DNA of 64,000 bases from Octopus vulgaris (lineage: Eukaryota), in contig OX597829.1 in the NCBI GenBank assembly GCA_951406725.2, forward strand, positions 34,286,001 through 34,350,000. The letters are read 5' to 3'. The notes below the pieces were generated by a model. It did no database searches. It saw only the letters and a program-made list of their open reading frames with translations, and was not told the origin of the DNA. Below, in pieces: positions 38,657 to 51,256 of this stretch (the first letter of the stretch is position 1; each line of letters begins with the position of its first letter). Both the position numbers and the translations under genes were made by a program.

Positions 38657-41600
38657 TATATATTAGCATAAATAATCATTCATTTATTTCAATTTATATG
38701 ACTTTCCGTTTTTAAACATTTGTAAACATTTAATGTGTATAAGATTATCTTATCTTATTTTACTTGATTGTATCCAGTTGTATTACAAAGATAAATTCAT
38801 TATAAATTAATATTATATGTAAATGGTATAACTTTTAACAGTTATATAAATAAAGTTTTATATTAACTCCTAATAAAATGTTTGAATGGAATAACAGGTC
38901 TATAATCTATTCTGTTGGCTTTTTCTTTAGCTAAACATGAATCATCAAACAGAAATGTAATACGCATTTTGTAGGTATATAAAGGAAGGAACTGATAGAT
39001 ATGTATTCTAAGATTTTGTAGGTACTGTGCGATGCAAGGTGACGAGAATGGCTCTTTCGTACATCACACAGTCGGTACAATAAATATTAATTGAATAGTA
39101 CATATATTTGCCAGAGAGAAAAAGGAAACACAACCGTGTAGAAGATTTATTGATGTAATAACATGCATGTCTCTGCGCATATCATGGATACAGAATAATA
39201 GACAGGTCATTGTGAGAAGAAAGTTTATGCATATGTGTATAGGCATGGATGTGTGTGCGTGAGTGTACATTTAAGGATGTTGATAAGTAGACTGTGAAAG
39301 AGTCTATAATGAGAAGTGAGAAGAATGTTCATAGACACAAGTAAGATAAATAATACCTGTTCACAGTCATTAATACACGGTAGTTGAAATACTGTATCAA
39401 GAAGTACTGAGGAAAAAGCTGGGTTTTTATAGAAAGTAGTAGGCTCGAAATAGGGTTCAAGAAGGTTGTTCACGTGATGCTATCTATAGTCTCTGACTGG
39501 TTATCCGCAGACGGTTGGCACAACAGAGTAGCAGACAAATTGCACCAATACTAACCAATCAGAGTAGTGGACACAATCGGATACAAAGGCCAGTTGGTCT
39601 CTGCTATGTTTGAATGCATGTATATATAGAGTTTATGCTTCAGTTTCTATATATTGTATTATAATATAAAATACGAATTATTATCTTATCTTAATATTAA
39701 TTTATTCTATTTATCCCATTTCACTTAATTTTATTTTTGTTTTTTTTTACCTCCTTTTAGAACAAATACTGAATTTTATACAAATGAAAATATATACACT
39801 TACTGTATACATGTATATACATTTGTGTGTCTATATAAAGTTTATTGCATTTTATTTTATATTTATTTTTACATACTTGATTTATTACCTTACCAAATAC
39901 ATACACACAACATATATGAAATGTTAAAATTCTTTACCTGTGGATTTGAATTCCTTCAAGAAAGATGTAGCTGTCTTTATTATTAAAACAAAAACCCTGA
40001 AGATTTTCTATCCCTTACAGCTTAAATTCTTAACATTGGATTTAACCCAAATGCTTTGAATTATGCATTACCAAAGGGCCAGAATTGAAACTTATGTTTG
40101 TTTTTTGAGTTTTCTATCGTGTTTCTTAAAAATTTATTTCTATATGTACCTTAATGATGTAAATAACTCAATTCACCGTTTTCTTACATTATTAATTTTA
40201 CCTACACACACACACATAAATCTCACACACACACACAAATACATACACATATATATATATGTATATTCACATGCTCACAAAAAAATTATGAAGTAAGGGG
40301 TCTAGAAATAATAGAAAGATGCAGAAATTTGATGTGAAGAGAGTTGGCAGAATTAATTGAAATGGATCTGAAAATACATAAGTTAGAAGAGTTAAGTGAA
40401 ATAAGATATAGCAGTGAATTGTCTGTTATTGTCAGTTGGGATGTTTGTTCTTTTTTGGTATAGGATTATGTGTAAGCCATGATGTAAAGTTCAGGAAAGA
40501 GCAGTGTGTAGTCTTTTGAAACTACATTGACTTACAAAAGTGTGGTATAGAAATTGTATTATGAAGAGGAGTTTTGGAGATCATCATCATCATCGTTTAA
40601 TGTCCGCTTTCCATGCTAGCATGGGTTGGACAATTTTGACTGAGGGCTGGCGAACCAGATGGCTGCACCAGGCTCCAGTCTTGATTTGGCAGAGTTTCTA
40701 CAGCTGGATGCCCTTGCAGTTTTATATTGGGTACAAAACCAGAACAATAAAGTGAAATGTATCAGCATCAGAAGTTTTTTGTTTCTCTATCAGATGCTCT
40801 ACTAATCTTACCATCTCATGTCCTGTATGTTCAAAGAATGAGGACCAATGTCAATGATTTTTTGAAGTTAATGTTCAGTCTATAGGTTTGAAATAAAAAT
40901 GTTGTCAGGCAATGCCTTTCCAAGAGTAGCTGTTCTAGAAAAGTGCAGTATGTGGGAGGTGAAACATTAAGGATAATGGGAACAGGAAAGGAAAAATGGT
41001 TGTGTGGGCCTCAATGAAGAGAGTGCTGGTAAACGGTTCAGGGTAGCAGAATGCATTGAATTACAGATGATAAGGTAGACAGGAAAAACAAATTTGACTG
41101 TGAGCTAGAAGTTGTAGAATGTTGAATTTGGTTTATTGTTAGTGCATGTAGTAGCAGCAACATCATACCAGAGATGTGAGTGATATGTTTTAATTGAACT
41201 TTGTATCTGATGTATTTGCTAACTCCAAAGAAGGATCTTCCACTTTGTGTCATGGTTTTGGTAATTTGAGACTGCTATCAGATATCACTGGAGGTTTTAA
41301 AGTCCGATATATATATATAATGAGTTTGGGGGTTTTAATTAAAGACGAGGTACAAGACTTCCTAGATATTTAAAGTGATTCTATCTTTGTACTGTTGAAA
41401 CATTGGATTTTCGTGTTTCCATTGAAAGAAATATTCTGAAATTCTCCGTTCACTCAGCCGGTGCAAGTTTAGCATCTAAGTGAAGAAGATTGAAAAGGGG
41501 ACAATGTGACCATCTACATGGTCACTTGAAACAGAGACATTTCTAAGTTAGCTTGATCAGGGTTAATCTGGAGCTAAATAACCAGTTAAAGAAGTATGAA

Positions 41601-42645
41601 GGGTGATATTTTCTGCACTGGAATATTGTAAAAAGTGATATAGTTCTTTCACACAGAAGAAAGATTTTAAGATAAAACCAGAGTTATTGCATCTCAGACT
41701 ATACATTAATACAATTATTTACCAAGTTGATCAATATTTACCTCCTCATTCCTTTCCTTCATTCTACCTTATATAAATATTCAATATTCTACTTTATATT
41801 CAGTGCCTCTGAAGCATCAGTTTCCTCTTTTCCCTAACAACGTGCAAACTCATACACGCTCATGAACCTCACTGCATGATTTTTGCTACTGTAGACTACC
41901 ACAACTTTCCTGATACTGTTATAAGAGAGAAAGGCCAAGTCTTCCACTGGTGATGCTTCAAGTTTCTATAACTATAAATCTTAAAGCAATTTACTAGCAC
42001 ATTTGATAAAAGTAGGTTAGAGAAACTATTTCAAAGTGAATTGACACTATGAAACATTTTAAATTCTTTTCTTTTATTCATTTTGTACCTTTGTTGCTTG
42101 GATATCAACTTGATCATATACCTCCAATAGAGCCCCTTCGAGTAGCAATAGACCTAATGAAATAGTAATACAAAGTAATAAATAATTTAATAATTAAATA
42201 AACATTAGGCTATGGCCATGTTGGCACTATTACCTCAAAGAATTTTTAGTTGAAAGCATTGACCCGAGAATTTTTTTTTAACTTGTTGCAGTTATTAGAC
42301 AGCATCCGCCCATGCTGGGGCACCACCTTGAAGAAATTTTAGATGGCTGTATGGAACTCAGAATTTTTTTTTTAAAGCCTGATCAAAACCACTTCTGTGA
42401 TATATTTTGTTTTTTAAAATCTTTTTACTTGTTGCAGTCATTAGATTGCGACCATGCTGGGGCATCACCTTGAGGAATTTTTAGAGGGGTGTATGGAACC
42501 AGGATCTTTTTTTAAGCCTGATCAAAACCACTTCTGTGATATAAGCAGAATAGAATAACAGAACACACTTCAAGAAATGTGTTGAAGCATAATACCTACA
42601 TAGAAGCAATCGAGTTTATACATAACATGTATACACACAAACACA

Positions 42646-42722
<77 letters not shown>

Positions 42723-42844
42723 AATTCGAACTGAATGGGAAAACATTAAATTACATACAAAAAAAAGTTTACAAAACTATGTCATTCTGACCTATTTCCT
42801 AAAATTTATATTTCCAGCTGCTTTTGTGGTACTTGTTATAGTTA

Positions 42845-42910
<66 letters not shown>

Positions 42911-44029
42911 ACTATCTATCTATCTATCTATCTATCTATCGAATAATAATAAAGAACACTGCATACCGGTGTGTTGATCATTACTGGACACAGAATATAA
43001 AATGTAGCCTTACTACATAACAGAACGATTACAAAATAAATGCAATAAATGTCAAATTTGTCTATCCCCAATTTATCAGATATTTATTTGTAATTTCTTT
43101 TTGTCAAAAAAAGTATGTCTGAGAACAGTGGGACTTTTATCCACTTTAATACTTTAACTATAGGGCTTTTGTTGGGGGAGCGGGAAGAGAGAAATGTCTA
43201 CTTTTCATACTTTAATTATGGGGCTTTTTTTTGTTTTGTGTGTGTGGGCTTTGTCCTAGGGGGCTTTTGTCTGAGTAGGGGTGAGGGCTTTTGCTCTATA
43301 CTCCTGTCCACTTTTTTTTGTCAAAAAAAAAAAAAAGTGTGTCTGAGAACCGTGAAGCTTTTATACACCTTCATACTTTAAATTATGAGGCTTTAACTTA
43401 TGAGGGGGCGGGGACTTTTTGCTGGGAAGCTTTTGTCTTACACTCACCTCCACTGGAGCCTCTTAATAAAACAAAATGATAGATAAACAGCAACAATAAT
43501 GAAATAAAAATAAATGTTAAGAAATAACAAGTTTTCCATTGGTGATGCTTAGAATTTCTATCACTCTGAATTTTAAGGCATTTTCCAGGCAAATTTATTT
43601 GATAAAGATAGGTCAGAGAAACCTATTTTAAAGCAAATTGAAACTATGAGACCTCTTGAATTCTCTTATTTTATTCATCTTGTACCTTTGTTGCTCAGAT
43701 ACCAACAACACGATAATATACCCCCAATAGAACCCCTTGAAGTATTCCAAGACTTGGTCACCTAGGTAGTGAAAGCTATCAACTAATTCTAGTTTTTTCT
43801 CCTGGCATGAGATGGAAGCTGTTTTCTACACATTTTCAATGTTTATTGCTGCACACACAAAGAATGTCTTCTCAGTTAGCCTTCCTTTGATATTGCTGCA
43901 TTTCTTATGTGTCCATATCTTACACCAGGTACATCTTAGGAACTTTCTACCTATGCCTTTGCTTCAGATCAAGCAGGACCATCTACCTGAGGGGATTTGT
44001 GATTTATCTGCCTTCCTACTCACTAAGAC

Positions 44030-44420
44030 TTAGGTTTTTGTTAACATTGACTAAGGCCCTTTGACACCTAAAACTTCTTCCTCTAGTTCTAATAGTGACT
44101 CAGCTATTAGAGCAAGGTCATCAATTCCCAGGGGCATCCTGTCTTGAATTCCTCTGTTATTGCCTGGAGGACTATGATAAATAAGAGGAGGGCCGAGGAC
44201 TGATCCTTGGTGAACTGTACCCTAAATTTTTCATTGTACTTGTTGCCAACCCTCACCTTACTGGTAGTGTCTCTGTATATGGCTTGTATAGCTTTCATTA
44301 ACCACTCATCTATCCCTAGTTTCCACATTAACCACCAGATAAGGGATCTAGAGACCCTGTCAAAGGCTTTCTACATGTCAACGAGAGCCAAGTACAGAGG
44401 TTTATTTTTGGTTATGTATT
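44030..44420 (-). mobile_element. RTE LINE RT fragment just upstream of the 44528 exon
   Basis: MWKLGIDEWLMKAIQAIYRD...[22 protein letters not shown]. Confidence 0.88.
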
Positions 44421-44527
44421 TTTGGCTTGTCAGTTCATGTTAAATTGTCCAATCCATGCTAGCATGGGAAATGGATGTTAAGTGATGCTTGTGATAATAT
44501 ATATATATATAATTTTTTTGTTCTTAG

Positions 44528-44656
44528 AATGAATTAAATCTAAATGAAGAAAAGAAGGCTCCGTTAAGAAACAAATCTATTGAGGAGAAGAAAAAGATGC
44601 TTGATATTCAAGATGAAAAGAAAAAAATGCTCGAAAGTCAAGCAAAGAGTAGTAAA
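44528..44656 (+). CDS. DIAPH: Diaphanous-related formin exon (GBD)
   Basis: ttcttAG / GTAAGT; 129 nt, phase 0/0. NELNLNEEKKAPLRNKSIEEKKKMLDIQDEKKKMLESQAKSSK matches the Dia 'MNLNEEKxxPLRxK..KxxM' motif. Confidence 0.92.
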
Positions 44657-45360
44657 GTAAGTATTTTATATAGTTTATATATATTTTTTGTGCTTGTATT
44701 ATTATTGAATGATTAGCTAAGTTATACAGATCCCTAATACATTCATTGACTACATAAAAGTGATCTAAAGGAAGTAACTTAAGTTGACCAATGGCACAAA
44801 TTTTGATAATTCATGTAGATGTTGATGTATTTGAATCATATACTAAAAGATCTCAGTGAATTAAAATTTGCGTCTTAGTTGAAAACAAAAAAATAAAACC
44901 TGGCAGTAATTGTTAGTAACTCTCTCTTTTGAGGGTTACCAACAACTGCCACCAGATTTTTGTTTTGTTTTTGTTTAAGCTTCAGGTTTTAATTCATTGA
45001 GAATTTTCTATTTTCAATTTTGATACAAATCAGTTCTTTGATATATTATTTTATCAGTTTAAGGAAGGAAACTTAAAAGCCCATATAAATATTAAATATT
45101 AAATTGTGTGTGTGTGCACGTGTGAGAGAGAGAGAGAATACTCAGCTTGCTATCTCCAAATGCTAGAAGAAGCATTATATTGTTCTTATGTATGGTGTAC
45201 TGCTCTTTTAGAAATAAAAATCAACCTCTAATTCTCCAAGAAGCATAGAACAAAATGACTGCAAAATTTTAAATAATACTTGTTAATAGTAAAATGAATT
45301 ATTGATTTCAGTGTTATTGATTTGAGAATTACTTTATAAATAATATATGTTTCTTTATAG

Positions 45361-45482
45361 CAAAATATCCTTAGAACACCAGAACATTTTATCGCATCTC
45401 TTCAAGATCCCAATCTTAAAGGGGAAAAACGATTGAAAGTTTTAGAATCTGCACGAGTATCTTTATCAAGCAATCCAGTCAG
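45361..45482 (+). CDS. DIAPH: Diaphanous-related formin exon (GBD)
   Basis: tttatAG / GTAATT; 122 nt, phase 0/2. QNILRTPEHFIASLQDPNLKGEKRLKVLESARVSLSSNPV(S) matches 'LESLRVSLxxNPVSW'. Confidence 0.95.
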
Positions 45483-46260
45483 GTAATTAAATTTCTGATC
45501 ATTGAGTATGATGATTATGATAAAATGAGTAGATTGATGAAATTAAATGAGGAAAGAAAGGAAATTAGATGAATGTTATTGAAGAACCCTGGTCATTTAT
45601 TGCTGTTTTTTCAACATCAAGTTATCTATGATAGCGCATCCTATTTCGTGTACTTTGTCCAATGTGTTCTTTCTTTTTTTGAAGATGGTTGGTATGATAC
45701 CTGTCTACAAAGGTTGGTATGATGACTGTGAGGGAAATGAAGAGGCTGTTTCTTGCAGGTTAAGCAACTCTGTCAGGGTTTCCTTGCTTTGCTCCGTCAT
45801 CAGAATGTGTTGTATGCTGGAGCTGGTGAGCCTAAGGAGTATGTCAAGCTCTACTGTCTACTTTTTTGTGGTATTTATGGTTGGTCACCCTCCTGATACC
45901 AACGACTTTACAGAGTGTGCTGGGTGCTTTTTGTGTAACAGCAGCACCAGCAAGGGCACCAAGTAACTGGCAATATAAAACCCCTCAACTGTGAGGAGAG
46001 TGATATGGAGGGAGGTGGCTTTGTGCCACCCAGTTGGAACAAGAGAAGAGAGAGGAAAGGGGAAAGAAGATGGTGAAGATGTGTTGGGGTACATCCTCAA
46101 GTAATGGGGAAGGGTATGTAAGTGAAGTGGTACAGAAGCTTGGATAGGGTGAGTGGGCAGGTAAGTTCCTGAGTGCAAAAGCAGAGTGGTTGATGGTGGG
46201 GAGGGGAATGCAGTGAGTGACCACAGATGGAAGAGAGGGAGTTACAAAGAATAGAGGAGT

Positions 46261-46295
46261 CTTTGACGTTTCAAGCCTACACTCTTTGACAGAAA
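46261..46295 (-). ncRNA. Decayed hammerhead-like motif (CUGUNGA family)
   Basis: Minus strand CTTT-CTGTCAA-A-GAGT-gtag-GCTT-GAAA-CGTC-AAAG; same family as 18854 and 29807-29842. Confidence 0.45.
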
Positions 46296-47913
46296 GGGTT
46301 GAGAGGAAACAAAATTGGGTTTTATGATGGAGTTGGGAAGGAAGGGGAAATGCCAGGTCAGTCAGCAATGGTTTGAATGCCTATGTACGAGTGTGTGTGA
46401 ATATATATTTATATAATAGGCATATATATGTTTCCACAATGCTTACATTACTGCCTCTACTGCCAAACAGCTCCATTCCAGGACTCACATTTTTTCATCA
46501 TGCACCGCACATATCCTCTCAGGTTACTTTTATTGCCACCCAACACAATCTTACCTTACCTTCATCACCCTTACGCCTATAGGATACCTTTTAACTTTTC
46601 TTTCATTTATGCACTCCCTTATTATTTTCCCCAATCTCTATCCTTATTTGTTCTCCATGCTCACTACCTACTTCCATATGTAGGATGCTTTTATGGCAAT
46701 CACATTCTCCTCCTTCTCCTCTCTTCCCTTACTGCCTCCTCCTCCCGCTCCCCCCATCCTACTTTTATTGCACCTTTCACTATCTCCTTGCACCTCTCTC
46801 TCTTCTCTACCTCCTTGTCTATCACTACCCTCTCTGCTGCAAGTTTTCTGCCTCTTCAGTACCCCTCTTCTTTCTGTGTCTGATCTATCTCCATATCTCT
46901 CTTTCCTTTATTGACTTTCTCTGGACTCTTCTCCACTCATCAATTGCTAAACTGCTCTCTTCCAGCTCCCTTTTTGTCACACTGTCAGTCTGTACTAATT
47001 CTGTATAATGTTTGATCACCCTGTACTCTGCCTTGTACAACTTATCCTATTAGTTTTGAACTATATCCCTCTCTGTCTCATTAAAACCTCCTCTGTCCCT
47101 TCTTCCCTTCCTTATCCCTGCATTTTCTTACCATACCTCATTGCCTCATCTAGAATCATTGCCCACTTTGTCCTGTTTTCAGTTATAGGGGCCACTTTAA
47201 GCCCTTAACCTTGTAAGTTATAGGGCAATCATCACTAGTGTGAGTAGTATGAGAAAAGCACTCAGTACATACTGTCAAATGATGGGCATCAAAAACCCTG
47301 ACAAATTAGTCATTGGAGCATGATTTGGTTCCCTGCCAAACTATCCCATCAATGTGGTATGGAAGCTAGATGTTAGGAAAAGGTGGTCATGATGTGTGCA
47401 TGTCGTTCCTGTGTGTATATGCATGTGTTATATATGTATTTACAAATGTGTATAGTGGTGATGAGGGTGGCAGTAAATCTGATTGAACCAAAGAAACCAT
47501 GTTCTTATTGTTTTATTTTTTATATTTGCAATACTTACTTTCTCATGACCAACCTGTCATCTTTCAGTGATCTACCATTCATCTTTCACATTTTTAGTTT
47601 TTGTTTTTAAGACTGTATGGCTTTGAAATATGCTCTTATCCATGTTCTGATTTCTATCAGCTGATTTAACTTGACTTTCTTGTTTTAGAAAACAATGTAA
47701 GATGTTCATAGAATTTAAAAACTTACAAAACTGACAGGACAAAGTTAATTCAAAGAACTGTAATATAACACCAGTTTTAAGAATTTAGTTTTAAATTTAT
47801 AAGGAAAATTGTGCAGTTGCTTTCATTTATTGATTTCATTGATTGATTTAATATAAATGCATAATTTTCTCACAAAAATTGTCTTAAATGAATTTTTCTT
47901 TTTCCTTTTTTAG

Positions 47914-47982
47914 TTGGGCTATAGAATTTGGTTCAAATGGTCTGAATGAAATCCTTCGAAATCTTACTTATTGTTGCGACCT
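47914..47982 (+). CDS. DIAPH: Diaphanous-related formin exon
   Basis: Long polypyrimidine tract + AG / GTAAGT; 69 nt, phase 2/2. (S)WAIEFGSNGLNEILRNLTYCCD(L). Confidence 0.93.
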
Positions 47983-48207
47983 GTAAGTAGTTTTGCCATT
48001 TGGATATGCCTTTCCTTTTCTTTTCACATAGAAGTTAACTGTAGTATATTTAAAATAATTTTAAAAAGTTTAATTTCTTTGCATTCTTTGAAACTTTAAC
48101 TACAATTAATATTAAATTACCTTGAAAGTGAGATTTCATTTTCTCTAAGATAATTTCTATTTGTAGCTGCTTGAAATGTTAAATCAAATTAACTTTTCAT
48201 TTTGTAG

Positions 48208-48271
48208 CAAACAGGAGCGAAGGAGTACATATGAATGTGTGAGATGCTTGAAAGTTTTTATGAATAATCAG
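48208..48271 (+). CDS. DIAPH: Diaphanous-related formin exon
   Basis: tttgtAG / GTAAAA; 64 nt, phase 2/0. (L)KQERRSTYECVRCLKVFMNNQ matches 'ExIRCLKAFMNN'. Confidence 0.94.
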
Positions 48272-48953
48272 GTAAAACATGAATTAACAATCTAAATTTT
48301 AAAGTAATATGTGAGTTCTATTAACTAAGTTTACTAACTGAAAAATTTGTCATTAATTCAATTTCCATTTTATTTTTAAATTTTTTCTTTTTGTTGTAAC
48401 TTATTTTAATGTTTGCAAATATTTTGAATATAATATATTTCGTGAATGCAATAAGAACTAATTTGTTTACTTTTATGACATGGAATGTAAAATATTTTCT
48501 TTCTTTGTTATTACTAAAATTCAAATAACATGATGAGAAAGCAATATTTTTATCTTATGTATATGTGCAGGCAAGGTTGTGTAATTAAGGTTTGCTTCTC
48601 TTTTATGTGGTTTTTCCATGTTATGTGGTTCATTTCCACTGCATGCAAATGTCTGCCAGTGTTAGATTGAACAAAGCCATGAGAGTGAGATTTGATAGAC
48701 CGAAATTTGTGGATGTCCTTCACAGGGATTGTTACTCAGTGGTACCTTTAATTTGCCATGCAGATTGGCTCATAAGAGTTTTTGCTGGAGCTCATTCTTT
48801 TGCAAGCCTTCATGCCCAGACTCTAGTCTGAGAATAGCTTTGTTTTTTCACAAAGGCTCTGAAAATGGTTATGATTGCTTTCTCCTGTGACTAAGCCCCA
48901 AAACAATATTTAAATTAAAAAAACACCTACACTTAGTAAAATGTCTTCAGCTA

Positions 48954-50957
48954 CTGTTTCCCCGAAAATAAGACCTAGCATGATTTTTCAGGATGATTTT
49001 AATATAAGCCCTTCCCTTAAAATAAGCCCTTGTTGAGAGCGGTAGACAGATGAAAGAAATAAGCAGCCTCTTCATATTCATTCAAACCACTTTGTTGTGG
49101 TGTATTCACTGTTCAAAATATCTTTTAGGCAGCTAAAAATAATGACGTCACAAAATCTATCCCGGTGTCTCTTTCATGACTCAAATATTAACAAGCTATA
49201 CATCAACTGGCAGCCCATGTTCGGAGCTTTCAAATGTGTCATAAGATTTTCATCAGTGGTCAGTACTGGTCAGTAGATGCAAAAAATAATAAAGTACACA
49301 TTTCTTTCAAGGCAAAAATCTCCCAGAAAAAAACATGGTGAAATTGAATGGGAAATCAATTTGTCAGGTCATTTTCACCCCAAGACAAGATGAATGAAAG
49401 AAGAAAGAGTTGTTCCATTGAGTACAAGAAAGGAGTCATGGAGGAATCATTGGGCAATAATTTTACTGTTTTCTGCAAAGTAAAGAATTTGGATCTCCAA
49501 ATGGTTCAAAAATGGCAAGAAGACTACAATAAACTCAGTCAACAAGTGGATGAGGGAAATGCAACCACTATTTTCTGAATTGGAAGACATCATCTGTGAA
49601 TGGGTCATCTGTGACAGGAGATAATAGCTGGAAGACGTCATCTGTGACAGGAGAGCAAAGGCTTTAGTTGTTCACAGGACTGATAATCAAGCATTTGTCC
49701 ACAGTATGGTATATTTCCATCAGCGGCATGATTTTCTCTGAGAAGGCCGACAACACTGTTCAAACTGGAAGATACCAAGATTATTAAATGTGCACTTGCA
49801 TCTAAGTCCTTTGTTGATGGGATATCATCAGCATCATTTAATGTCCATTTTCCATGCTGGACCTTTCTAAATACTGTCTCACTAACTTTCAAACATGATT
49901 GCTATGGATGAAGCTTCAGTGTTCATGGGCCATGGATCTCAATTAACAATTGATTAAAGGGGTGTGTCATCAATCTACATTCCCTCCTCTGGTTATGAAA
50001 GTGCACGAGCTACATGTATTTTGGCAGTTTGTCTCAATGGAAGTAAAGCCCCACCTCTAATCATCACTAAAGGCAGGAAGGATAAAATTGAACTTCTTTT
50101 CAGGCATCTGTGTTCTGGAAACTAAAAAGGCATGGTGCACACAATCAGTTTTAAGGAAGTGGATCAGTTTCATGCTGCCACTTATTTTCCAAGGAGGCCA
50201 ATGAGTTTTGATAGTCTGGGATTTAGCCAGCACACACCACACAAAAGACATGAAGAAATTTCTTGCAGAAAGAAGAATAGATAAAATCATGATTCCTGCA
50301 GGAATGAATGCTTATCTCCATACTCTTGACATTGCAATAAATAAATCATTCAAGGACCATTTATGTATGGAAATCAATGACTACATTGAAAACAAAATGG
50401 TGAGAAATCAGTGTGGAAATTTTTTGAAACCCAGCCTGCAAGAGATCGTGACTTGGGTGACGAATTCATGGAACAAAATCACAGACAGCTGTGTTGCCTA
50501 TGCACTACGAACAGGCTACCGGAACAAGAACTTCTCATTCAATGAGACTTCTACTGCTTGACATGAGAGACTGGGGATGAAAGTTCTGCAGGAAATAGAG
50601 TCACACGAAAACTCTACAGGAATTTTGGAATCTGGTGATTTGCAGAACAATGACATGACTGTTTTTTGAATAAATTGTTGTTAATGTGTTTCTGAGTAAA
50701 AGAACATGTAAATCTTTGAGTAAATGTAGATTGATTTCCGTAATTTCTCTTTAATAAATTTCTGTTGTTATAAATCATCAAGTAAATGTAGATTATTTTT
50801 TGAAATTTCTGTTTATTTAGTAATTTCATAATTTTCTATTTCGTAATGTTATTTATTGGTGCATGAAAAAATATGATCTCCCCTGAAAATAAGCCCTAAT
50901 GCATAATTTCAGAGTGAAAATTAATATAAGCCCTATCTTATTTTCAAGGAAACACAA
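48954..50957 (+). mobile_element. pogo/Tigger-like DNA transposon (decayed transposase)
   Basis: TIRs CTGTTTCCCCGAAAATAAGAC / TCTTATTTTCAAGGAAACAC; N-terminal HTH RRKSCSIEYKK; DDE pieces MDE.SV, NGSKAPPLIITKG, LIVWD.ASTH, IPAGM.AYL.TLDIAINK.FKDHL. Confidence 0.9.
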
Positions 50958-51122
50958 TATTATCTATGTTGATTTTATTTACATAAGTCTTTAAACTTTA
51001 GATGATCTTTGATAAATTTGTAAACATTTTCAGTTTTTTAACTAAAGCTAGAATCAAACTTTTCTAGTTCCAGCAAAGCTATTTTTAGTTCAGTAAAAAT
51101 GCTCATTTTCTTCTTTATTCAG

Positions 51123-51256
51123 GTTGGTTTGCTCAAATTCATCAATCATGAAGAAGCCTTAACAATTTTAGCAAGAACCATAGATCCTTCTGATGCAACT
51201 ACAATGTTAGAAGCTGTTAGGCTTATAGCTGCCATTTGCTTGGTAACACCATCAGG
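51123..51256 (+). CDS. DIAPH: Diaphanous-related formin exon (DID armadillo repeats)
   Basis: tttattcAG / GTAATG; 134 nt, phase 0/2. VGLLKFINHEEALTILARTIDPSDATTMLEAVRLIAAICLVTPS(G). Confidence 0.94.

Noticed and set aside
39020-39610. Second solo LTR related to 24814-25825
   Set aside because: Shares only a short motif; no clear terminal CA or TSD, so not listed as a feature.
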